DNA of 64,000 nt from a virus. The stretch lies in the IMG/VR virus record IMGVR_UViG_3300000228_000004, positions 1-64,000 of that record; one strand, given 5' to 3'. The position numbers were made by a program, and so were the translations under genes. Positions 1 through 7,690 of this stretch are shown one piece after another; within the stretch, counting starts at the first letter, position 1; every line of letters begins with the position of its first letter. The notes under the pieces were generated by a model that was not told where the DNA came from, ran no database searches, and saw only the letters and a list, made by a program, of their open reading frames with translations.

Positions 1-575
1 TGTTTAACGGCTTCAAGGCAAATCTCATGTGTTTGGTCTTTGACGAACTCTAAAACCGAACCATCTTGTTTGACAGCTTCTAGGCAAATCTCATGTGTTT
101 GGTCTTCAACGAACCGTAAAGCGTACCCGTCTTCTTTGATAGCTTCAAGGCAAAGCTCAGGTGTCTGGTCTTCAACGAACTCTAAAGTCCACCCATATCG
201 TCTAACAGCTTCAAGGCAAAGCTCAGGGGTTTGGATTTTAATATACCGTAACGCGTACCCATCTCGTTTAACGGCTTCTAGGCAAATCTCAGGGGTTTGG
301 ATTTTAATATACCGTAACGCGTACCCATCTCGTTTAACAGCTTCAAGGCAAATCTCAGGCGTTTGAACTTTAACGAACTCTAAAGCGTGACCGTTTTGTT
401 TAACAGCTTCAAGGCAAATCTCAGGCGTTTGAACTTTAACGAACTCTAAAGCGTGACCGTTTTGTTTAACCGCTTCAATGCAAATCTCAGGTGTTTGGTT
501 CTTTACATACTCTAAATCCCGCCCATCTTGATTGACTACTTCAAGGCAAATCTCTGGTGTTTGAACTTCAGGTCT
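1..575 (-). repeat. 66-bp coding tandem repeat (about 9 units)
   Basis: Recurring gcttcaaggcaaatctcag(g/c)tgtttg every 66 nt; some adjacent units are near-identical. Confidence 0.9.
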
Positions 576-602
576 TAGTTTTATAAATTGTTCTGTGGTC
601 AT
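1..602 (-). CDS. DUF4116-type repeat protein, 3' end runs off the window (missed by the ORF track)
   Basis: ATG at 602 after an AAAGGG RBS. Open frame MTTEQFIKLRPEVQTPEICLEVVNQDGRDLEYVKNQTPEICIEAVKQNGHALEFVK...; 22-aa repeats QTxEICLEAVKxxGxxLxFVK. Confidence 0.85.
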   Translation of the reverse strand, partial: MTTEQFIKLRPEVQTPEICLEVVNQDGRDLEYVKNQTPEICIEAVKQNGHALEFVKVQTPEICLEAVKQNGHALEFVKVQTPEICLEAVKRDGYALRYIKIQTPEICLEAVKRDGYALRYIKIQTPELCLEAVRRYGWTLEFVEDQTPELCLEAIKEDGYALRFVEDQTHEICLEAVKQDGSVLEFVKDQTHEICLEAVK

Positions 603-632
603 CTTTATCCCTTTCTTTATGCTATATAATAT

Positions 633-667
633 ATTATACCGTAAGTTAGCTTAAAGAGAGGTTAAAC
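633..667 (-). promoter_or_regulatory. Conserved early (host sigma70-type) promoter
   Basis: GTTTAACCTCTCTTTAAGCTAACTTACGGTATAAT; motif repeated about 10 times upstream of minus-strand genes. Confidence 0.8.
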
Positions 668-730
668 GAACAAATGTTTAAAATTATTTTTGTGGGAATT
701 AGTGTTTACGAGGAGTTTATATTGAAGTTG

Positions 731-747
731 GGGTGGTATAACCACCC
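731..747 (-). terminator. Hairpin after gene 754..1005, probable terminator
   Basis: GGGTGGT-ATA-ACCACCC inverted repeat just past the stop codon; U-tract is weak. Confidence 0.5.
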
Positions 748-753
748 ATATTA

Positions 754-1005
754 TTACATTTTTTCTATTTTCACCCAATTCGTTTCAACTTCCCATCGAC
801 CAACTTCGAAATCGTTTCCATCTTCGTCAGTAAATTGGTGAACAAATTTACCCTTATTCGCACCCTGTGTACCGCGTTTACTATCACCATTATAAGTAGC
901 GATTTTATCACCGTTACCAGGAAAATCAGTTGTCATTATCTTGTATTTTTTACCTTTAGTGAAAACCATCGGCGCTCCGAACATTTCTAATATTTCTCTT
1001 AACAT
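754..1005 (-). CDS. Small late protein with MLREILE N-terminus (candidate internal head protein)
   Basis: AAGGAAG RBS, upstream TTAAATAA box, N-terminus shared with other late ORFs. Confidence 0.65.
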   Translation of the reverse strand: MLREILEMFGAPMVFTKGKKYKIMTTDFPGNGDKIATYNGDSKRGTQGANKGKFVHQFTDEDGNDFEVGRWEVETNWVKIEKM

Positions 1006-1021
1006 AATTCTTCCTTTTTTA

Positions 1022-1030
1022 TTATTTAAG
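1022..1030 (-). promoter_or_regulatory. T4-like late promoter (CTTAAATAA)
   Basis: TAAATA core about 20 nt upstream of ATG 1005. Similar boxes near 2926, 3494, 4106, 24307, 25464 and 37114; T4 consensus is TATAAATA. Confidence 0.55.
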
Positions 1031-1062
1031 TCGGGAATTATGACAACCCATATTTTATGATG

Positions 1063-2907
1063 TCATCTTCTTATTGTGTATTTTATGTTACCTGAGTCAA
1101 ATATAATTCTGTACCCGTTTAACATCATATTTTGTTCCTCAGTTAAACCACGCTCAAAATTATCAATTATACTAGCAAGTTTATGTTTCTGAAAGTGTAT
1201 TCTATTCTTCAAAGTGAATGTTTTATCAAAGTAGAATTTATTTGGTCCAGAAATGTTATCAAGATTGAATTCAGTACCATAAATATTTTCTTGTAAAAAA
1301 GTCCATCTTCTGTTCCCATATGAAACGAGGTCTCCGCCATATGTTTTCATATACTCGGATAGTAATTTCGAAAAACCGCCCCTGACTATTGTATCTTTTA
1401 ATGTACAAAATCTATGAAGTTCAATATCATTATTTTTAAATCTACTCTTCCCGACAGTGAAAACAGAAATCAAATTACCTTGATAAAATAACCCGAACCG
1501 AATACCAGAATTCATGGAACCCTGTAAGTGATTTTCTTCTAAGAAGATAATTGTATCTTTATGTTCTATATTTTCCACTGAACAATCTCTTGCGTTAATT
1601 CTGTTTTCACATTTATTCAGTTTTATTCTGATTTTACTCTTCCAAATATCCCTTTTAGTTTTATCGATCCATTCATCTTCAAATATATGGAATAAATGAA
1701 TCCCTTGTTCTTCACAATCATTGGTTTTATTTAGATGGTAGTTTTTATCATATTCAGGGGTATTAAATCTTTTGTATTTAGAAATTCCTCTACTGTGATA
1801 CATCAAGCCGTCATATTCTATGGCGAAATTTAATTCTGGTATATAAATGTCTAGTTCTTTACCATTAAGTATCTTTCTATCGTGTATGATTACTTCTCCA
1901 TCGTATATACTATGAATAAATTCAACTATCTCATTTGCTTGAGTTTCTTTCAGAAAATTCGTTTTATTGTACCCCAAACTTTCAAGTTCTGGTATAAGGA
2001 ATGTCCTTGATACAGAATAGAAATTTTCCATCTTAGATAGATTCATTCTTCCATTTTTCATGAAGTTTTCTTCTATATATTCTTTAGTTAGAAGTTCCCC
2101 GTTTTTAAAATCTTTAAAGTAGTAATGCCTGACACCATAATTTTCAATGAATGTGGATTGAAGGGTTTGGTACCAGTTCACATTCCTTTCATTCCATATC
2201 GATAAACCGATGTCTTCACCATATTTCGCAATACAAATTTCTTTACTGAATCTAGACTGGACTTCTGAAACTTTTTGTTTTGCTTCCGATGTACTAAGCC
2301 CCCTTTCTTCCCAGTATTTTGTTTGTGTCGGTATTAACCTCTCAGTCCTTTTTTCAGACCCCCAATATTTCTTGGCTCTATTTGATTGGATTTCACTTAC
2401 TTTATTATCAGCTTCTTTTTCGGTATTCCCTTTATCTAACCAAAATTGTTTTTTATTTTTTAGAGATTTATCAGTTCTTGATTTATTCGTTTCGTGATAA
2501 TTTTGTTCCCAATTACTACTGTGTTTTTTCTTATGGAATTCTTTTGAATTCGAGTCATACCTCATTTTCTTCTGTTCGTGTGTGAGCGATTTCATCTCTT
2601 CAGAAGCTAATTGACACATCAAATTATTATGTGTTTTGACCTTATTTTTGGCTTCTTCTTCAGAATAACCCCTAAATGTCCAGAATTTAGTTATAATTTT
2701 AGATTTAGGGAGTTTTCCATATATTGATTTATAGAGTGGTTTATAGAAGTATGTTATAGGGTATGATGAGTATTGGTTTTCTTTGAACCAATTTTCTAGT
2801 TCTGGGGTCAGTGAATTTAAAAATTTATCTTGCCCTTTAAGGAAATCTTTAAATTCTTCAGTGGTATAGAGTTGAAATATTGGTTTTCTTCTTGAAGTGA
2901 TTGTCAT
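1063..2907 (-). CDS. Hef-like free-standing homing endonuclease
   Basis: C-terminal ELDIYIPELNFAIEYDGLMYHS...HIFEDEW...NHLQG...ELHRFC...DSGN, with N-terminal FW..KG.SE.EAK repeats; paralog of 34110..35903. Confidence 0.8.
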   Translation of the reverse strand: MTITSRRKPIFQLYTTEEFKDFLKGQDKFLNSLTPELENWFKENQYSSYPITYFYKPLYKSIYGKLPKSKIITKFWTFRGYSEEEAKNKVKTHNNLMCQLASEEMKSLTHEQKKMRYDSNSKEFHKKKHSSNWEQNYHETNKSRTDKSLKNKKQFWLDKGNTEKEADNKVSEIQSNRAKKYWGSEKRTERLIPTQTKYWEERGLSTSEAKQKVSEVQSRFSKEICIAKYGEDIGLSIWNERNVNWYQTLQSTFIENYGVRHYYFKDFKNGELLTKEYIEENFMKNGRMNLSKMENFYSVSRTFLIPELESLGYNKTNFLKETQANEIVEFIHSIYDGEVIIHDRKILNGKELDIYIPELNFAIEYDGLMYHSRGISKYKRFNTPEYDKNYHLNKTNDCEEQGIHLFHIFEDEWIDKTKRDIWKSKIRIKLNKCENRINARDCSVENIEHKDTIIFLEENHLQGSMNSGIRFGLFYQGNLISVFTVGKSRFKNNDIELHRFCTLKDTIVRGGFSKLLSEYMKTYGGDLVSYGNRRWTFLQENIYGTEFNLDNISGPNKFYFDKTFTLKNRIHFQKHKLASIIDNFERGLTEEQNMMLNGYRIIFDSGNIKYTIRR

Positions 2908-2925
2908 TGGATTCTTTCTTATAGT

Positions 2926-3291
2926 TTATTTAGTGATGTATTCCGATAATCCGTATTTTATGATGTCATCTTCTTTGAGTTGAAATTCGACTTCTTGATT
3001 TTTTCCCAAACATTTTCCTATACCAGTAGCCCCAGATAATAATATCACCTTATATTTGTTGGTTTCATAAAATGGGGTTGGGTAGATGTCAACAAGTTGT
3101 TTTTTCCAAAAAGGGAATACCGCGTTACCTTTGTCTAAAGAACCACCCAGATAATATTCATCGGTTATGAACTCTTGAATAGTTGGTGGGGTTTCATTAT
3201 ACCCGTTTGCTTTGGAATATAAACTATAGAGGTACTTTCTTTCTTGTGAATTGATAGCCTTGACACCATTTTCATTGAGTTTATACGCCAT
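2926..3291 (-). CDS. terL: Terminase large subunit N-terminal fragment fused to a 28-aa split-intein N-part
   Basis: PPTIQEFITDEYYLG...FPFWKKQL...ILLSGATGIGK followed by CLGKNQEVEF (intein block A) at the Walker A site. Confidence 0.75.
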   Translation of the reverse strand: MAYKLNENGVKAINSQERKYLYSLYSKANGYNETPPTIQEFITDEYYLGGSLDKGNAVFPFWKKQLVDIYPTPFYETNKYKVILLSGATGIGKCLGKNQEVEFQLKEDDIIKYGLSEYITK

Positions 3292-3293
3292 AA

Positions 3294-3479
3294 TTAATCT
3301 TCGTAAATATTACCATCAATGATGAGTGCTTTCTTTTGTTTTTCTTTATCTGTCGGACCGAAACCATTTCTGCTATACGGCGCAGTAGAAATCACGCCCA
3401 AGTCACCATAACCACCATCGGTATCTTCTTCTGTTGGTTTTTTCGTTTTTTCAACTTTTTCTATAATTTCTTTTAACAT
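3294..3479 (-). CDS. Small late protein, start re-called to MLKEIIE
   Basis: GGGAAG RBS and TAAATA box precede ATG 3479. Confidence 0.6.
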   Translation of the reverse strand: MLKEIIEKVEKTKKPTEEDTDGGYGDLGVISTAPYSRNGFGPTDKEKQKKALIIDGNIYED

Positions 3480-3495
3480 AATCTTCCCTGAATAT

Positions 3496-4086
3496 TTATT
3501 TTTCATACATTGAATTTCTGAGTTCTTCTTCAGCGTCACTTAGGAAATTTTCATCGGATAACAAAGTAGCTAATATACTATTCATTGTGTCATTCCCCTC
3601 AGCATCTTTAATAGATTCTTTAGCATGTAATGACATTAAGTTTGCCTCTAATGAACTGAAATCAACATCTTTTCTAATTTCCCTAATCATCCTAAAGGCA
3701 TCTGATCTCATCATCCTTGTATTGGTATATAGAAGGAGTAAATCACCTTTATTCATCTTATCAAGAATTTCATCATTAAACAGTTTATCTTCTATTTTAC
3801 CTAAAAACCCTTCTAGTTTTTGTAATTTAACCGCAGTCTGCTTTGCTATATTTGCCATAGCAAGGTCAATAGCAAGCTCTGCGGTCGCAACATCGCTAAT
3901 TATGCTTCTAGCTGGTATTTTTTTGTCCCTTACGAGGGACTCAGTTTCATCTTTTATCCCTTGCGTCATCAGAGAAACATCTGAATATTCTGTGTTTTCG
4001 ATAGATGCTTCTACTACTTCACCGCAAAACTCTTCAAGTTCTTTCATAGCAGCATCTAGCTCAAGTTCAATTATTTCTTCTTCCAT
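3496..4086 (-). CDS. Helical protein, possible terminase small subunit
   Basis: Coiled-coil-like, upstream of the terL fragment, with a late-promoter-like box; function inferred from position only. Confidence 0.35.
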   Translation of the reverse strand: MEEEIIELELDAAMKELEEFCGEVVEASIENTEYSDVSLMTQGIKDETESLVRDKKIPARSIISDVATAELAIDLAMANIAKQTAVKLQKLEGFLGKIEDKLFNDEILDKMNKGDLLLLYTNTRMMRSDAFRMIREIRKDVDFSSLEANLMSLHAKESIKDAEGNDTMNSILATLLSDENFLSDAEEELRNSMYEK

Positions 4087-4104
4087 TTCATCACCCTCTT
4101 TAAA

Positions 4105-5448
4105 CTATTTAATTGATTTTTTGAGAGCTTCTAAGTCATCTTTCCATAATTGTTTTTCGGTTTTAGATTGAATGGTTTCTAGTTCAGATTTCTTTTCAGA
4201 CATCTTATTCATCAATTCATCTATTTTTTCCTTCGTTAAGCTATAAATCGGGAGCCTAAGTAGATAATCATACCCTCCGTCGAACTCTTTTATTTCGTTG
4301 AAATTCGATAATTGTGAAATGATTTCCGATTTAGTTCTTTTACTGATAATAATATTATCTTCGGTGACATTTTTTATAAATGAAATCTTAGAAACAAGAA
4401 ATATTATGTCTTCATTCAGTTGTTTGATTATATTTTCTTTTCTCTTGGTGTAAAACTCTTCCCTAATTTTCGCATATGTTAAAAAAAGTTCTTCTGGCGT
4501 TTCTGAAAGAAGGATTCTATTATCAACTCCCATCGTTGTATAGTTCTCAACAAACCGCTTGTCAGCGTCTCTTAATTTAAGTGCTGAAAGGATATCTTTT
4601 TCACTCATTGATGAAAAATTACGAGTGACCCTCACTCTAAAATTGAAAATATCATTTTCAGAACGGTCTTCATAATCAGAAATCACTTTATTGTCTTTCA
4701 GATCATCAAGTATATTCTGATAATCTTTAAGCGTGATACCGATTGGTATCTCTGTTATGTCAATGGTGGTTGAATTCACTATATTCATTGCGCCAGAAAC
4801 TATCCACTTTCTTTTATTAACTGTGTCGTTTTCTATAGTACCGTTAAAATTACTCCATCCTGGTTTAGGCACTTTTACTTTACCAGTATCAATGAATGTT
4901 TCCGTCATCTTTATAATTTGGGGCAAAGGTCTAGGCAATATGAGTTGCGCAAACCCGATGGCAATACCCATAGCACCATTCACTAATAACATTGGTATGA
5001 CTGGTACAAGGTATCTAGGTTCTATTGGAGTCCCTTCAAATTCTTGTTTCACTAAAATTTCATTGTCATCTTTATGAAATATGGTAGAAAGATATTTTTC
5101 AACAGAGGTCGATATATACCTATCCGCTGAAGACTCTGGTATGAACCTTTTACCAAAGTTTCCGTCTTCCTTTAAAAGGGGTAAATTATTTGAGCCTGTG
5201 TATCTTCTAGCCAAGTTCACAATTACTGGTGAAAGGTTATCTTCGCCGTGTATGTATTCTGTGTGCTCTGAAACAGTACTTTTTAATCTCGAAACTTTCA
5301 CTGAAGAATTCAAGTTCTTATCTAAAACAGTATAAATAACTTTCCTACCTGAATTTTTAAGCCCGTCTGACACTGATGCGATTTTTCTAAGACATTCATA
5401 AGAACTTGCGTCTATATACATCGTCGAAAAAAAATTAGAAATATCCAT
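4105..5448 (-). CDS. gp52: DNA topoisomerase II medium subunit (GyrA-like)
   Basis: IASVSDGLK, YIHGE, GNFG, SADRYI catalytic Tyr, PMLLVNGAMGIAIGF. Confidence 0.93.
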   Translation of the reverse strand: MDISNFFSTMYIDASSYECLRKIASVSDGLKNSGRKVIYTVLDKNLNSSVKVSRLKSTVSEHTEYIHGEDNLSPVIVNLARRYTGSNNLPLLKEDGNFGKRFIPESSADRYISTSVEKYLSTIFHKDDNEILVKQEFEGTPIEPRYLVPVIPMLLVNGAMGIAIGFAQLILPRPLPQIIKMTETFIDTGKVKVPKPGWSNFNGTIENDTVNKRKWIVSGAMNIVNSTTIDITEIPIGITLKDYQNILDDLKDNKVISDYEDRSENDIFNFRVRVTRNFSSMSEKDILSALKLRDADKRFVENYTTMGVDNRILLSETPEELFLTYAKIREEFYTKRKENIIKQLNEDIIFLVSKISFIKNVTEDNIIISKRTKSEIISQLSNFNEIKEFDGGYDYLLRLPIYSLTKEKIDELMNKMSEKKSELETIQSKTEKQLWKDDLEALKKSIK

Positions 5449-5457
5449 CTTAACCCC

Positions 5458-7272
5458 TTAAATCTTTATCAAGTCAAAATCATTCAAAATGATTTTTTCT
5501 TTTCTTTTGTCTGAATTTTTTGAATTTAGCCAAGTATCTATTGACTCCAACGCGTCTTCATCATAAGTGAAAAAATCGACCATTTTTTCTAGACCGTCTT
5601 TACTCACGATATATTTAAGTCCTTTTTCAGTATGTGAACCAAGACCTTTATAGTATTTCACATTTCCAGTTAGTTTACTACCCTCATTAATATCATACAC
5701 CCATTTCACTGGCATATCATTCTTAACTTCAGCCATAATAGGGGTTTGTAGCATACCGATAGAACCTTTTTTTAGTTCTTCTTTCATATACTTCTCGGCA
5801 AAACCAAGTAACTGTCCTCTGATAATGAACCCGTCTAGGTCTTGGTCTGTAGCCATAACCATATGGTCATACCCCTCTGATGTCATTATGCTATATAATT
5901 CAGACAATTCTCTATTTGCTCTGAACTTTTGTTGGCTGTGTTCATACGCATTAAGTGGTTTTCCTCTGAGTTCATAATACCCGCATTGTTTTCTGCCTAA
6001 AGCTGTCATTAAACCAACCGCCGCACTCAGACCTTCACACACCATAAGGTATTTCCGTTTTTCAGTGGGTGGGTAGTATTTATCAGATTTTATCTTTTTC
6101 TTGACATCTTTTAATTTAGAAAGTTCTTGTTTATTTTTATACGCTTCTTTTATTTGGAATATTTCTATTGCTTTGTCTACAATACCCTTGTTCTTATATA
6201 GAACTTCACCCCACTTAGCAAAATCAATTTTACCAATATGTTCCGTTATTTTAGCAGAGGTAGATGTTAGCATCTCTTTACTTTGAGAATCAAATTTAGG
6301 TTCTCTAAAATCCTTGAGAATAACGACCATAGACATTTTATTTTTTATGTCTGCATTTTTTATATCTTTGAACTTTCTAGCAATCTTATCTCTGATTAAT
6401 GGTAACATTTTATCAAGGAAGTAATCTATTTGAGTACCCCCTTTAGTATTCGCGAGACCATTAGTGTACGCGAAAAATGAAAAATCATCAGATTCATTCG
6501 GGAAGAATGCTACTGAATAGTTTTGCCCTTGAAATAAAGTTACTTCTTCACTGAACTTTGAAAAATAACTTTTGACATCTACTTTCAATACCTCACCATT
6601 AAAAGTGAATGTTATTCCAGGATAACTATATGAAATGTGGTATAACCTTTGTTTTATAGCATTTTTGTAATTTTCGGTTATTTTAGATAACCCAAATCTT
6701 TCAAAATCTGGTTTAAACTCAACTTGAGTACCTCTTAACCTACAAGACACTGGGGTAGAAATATGTTCATAATCCATATTGTCTTTAAATGTGACTACCA
6801 TTTTATTCGAGCCATCACAAGTAGTGCCGATGAATTCTTTTGAAAATACGGCAGTTGCGTAAGAACCTATGCCGTTAGCACCCAATTGGGCTTGATTATT
6901 CTTATCATCAAAATTTGAACCAGCCCTTGGTCGACCCCAAGCAATGTACGGTATATACTTCCCGTTTGCGTTCTTTTCAACGGGGATTCCGTAACCGTTG
7001 TCCCTGACCTTAACAGTGGTATCAGTCATAGTGATGTCAATCTTAGTGGCTGATTTCCCACCAGATTTAATAAAAACATCTACAGAGTTATCAATTATCT
7101 CATTACATATCTTTAAAAATCCTGGGACTATGTAATATTCACTGAATATGAATTTATCATTTTTTAGAATATACCCAGATTGTTTAATTTCCTGAACAGA
7201 CCCTATGATATTTTGTGGTCTAAGTAATAACCAATCTTTATCAGTGAGTTCTTGTATCACCCTATTATTCAT
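5458..7272 (-). CDS. gp39: DNA topoisomerase II large subunit (GHKL ATPase + TOPRIM, gp39+60 type)
   Basis: EIIDNSVD, DNGYGIP, GANGIG, CEGLSA, LRGKPLN, DQDLDG, YYKGLGS. Confidence 0.93.
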   Translation of the reverse strand: MNNRVIQELTDKDWLLLRPQNIIGSVQEIKQSGYILKNDKFIFSEYYIVPGFLKICNEIIDNSVDVFIKSGGKSATKIDITMTDTTVKVRDNGYGIPVEKNANGKYIPYIAWGRPRAGSNFDDKNNQAQLGANGIGSYATAVFSKEFIGTTCDGSNKMVVTFKDNMDYEHISTPVSCRLRGTQVEFKPDFERFGLSKITENYKNAIKQRLYHISYSYPGITFTFNGEVLKVDVKSYFSKFSEEVTLFQGQNYSVAFFPNESDDFSFFAYTNGLANTKGGTQIDYFLDKMLPLIRDKIARKFKDIKNADIKNKMSMVVILKDFREPKFDSQSKEMLTSTSAKITEHIGKIDFAKWGEVLYKNKGIVDKAIEIFQIKEAYKNKQELSKLKDVKKKIKSDKYYPPTEKRKYLMVCEGLSAAVGLMTALGRKQCGYYELRGKPLNAYEHSQQKFRANRELSELYSIMTSEGYDHMVMATDQDLDGFIIRGQLLGFAEKYMKEELKKGSIGMLQTPIMAEVKNDMPVKWVYDINEGSKLTGNVKYYKGLGSHTEKGLKYIVSKDGLEKMVDFFTYDEDALESIDTWLNSKNSDKRKEKIILNDFDLIKI

Positions 7273-7398
7273 CTACACCCCTTTTATTACAAACCTGAAA
7301 CGAATATTGGATTTCCGTCATAGGAAAACTCGGTTCATTTTTTATTCTTCAAATAACTTTTGGGTTATTTTAACTATTTCCCTTTAGTAGTAAACTAC

Positions 7399-7635
7399 TC
7401 AAAGGCTATATTGAGCCAACGCAATAACAATAGGTTCTTCATCATTGGCTAAATCAAGGGAAGTACCGTTGGGTTCTTTAAATTGACCGACTAAAGTATA
7501 CCATCCATGTACCTCGACTGCTGAAAAAACCATATCCGCTAAGAATGTTCTCCCCGAAAGTACTTCTTTATTTTTATAATACCCGTCCCTTGGGTGTATA
7601 TCTGTGATGGTTAATTCTAATTTTTTACTTGGCAT
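7399..7635 (-). CDS. Hypothetical protein
   Basis: ORF with RBS and upstream promoter-like sequence. Confidence 0.55.
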   Translation of the reverse strand: MPSKKLELTITDIHPRDGYYKNKEVLSGRTFLADMVFSAVEVHGWYTLVGQFKEPNGTSLDLANDEEPIVIALAQYSL

Positions 7636-7690
7636 TTTTATTCCCTTTTTTATGTAGTATATTACTATTATACCTTTTTAAACTTAAATA

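Noticed and set aside
1-575. CRISPR-like periodic repeats, and the plus-strand ORF 40..366
   Set aside because: The period is exactly 66 nt with no unique spacers, and the minus frame is open with an RBS and promoter. It is a coding repeat; the plus ORF is its shadow.
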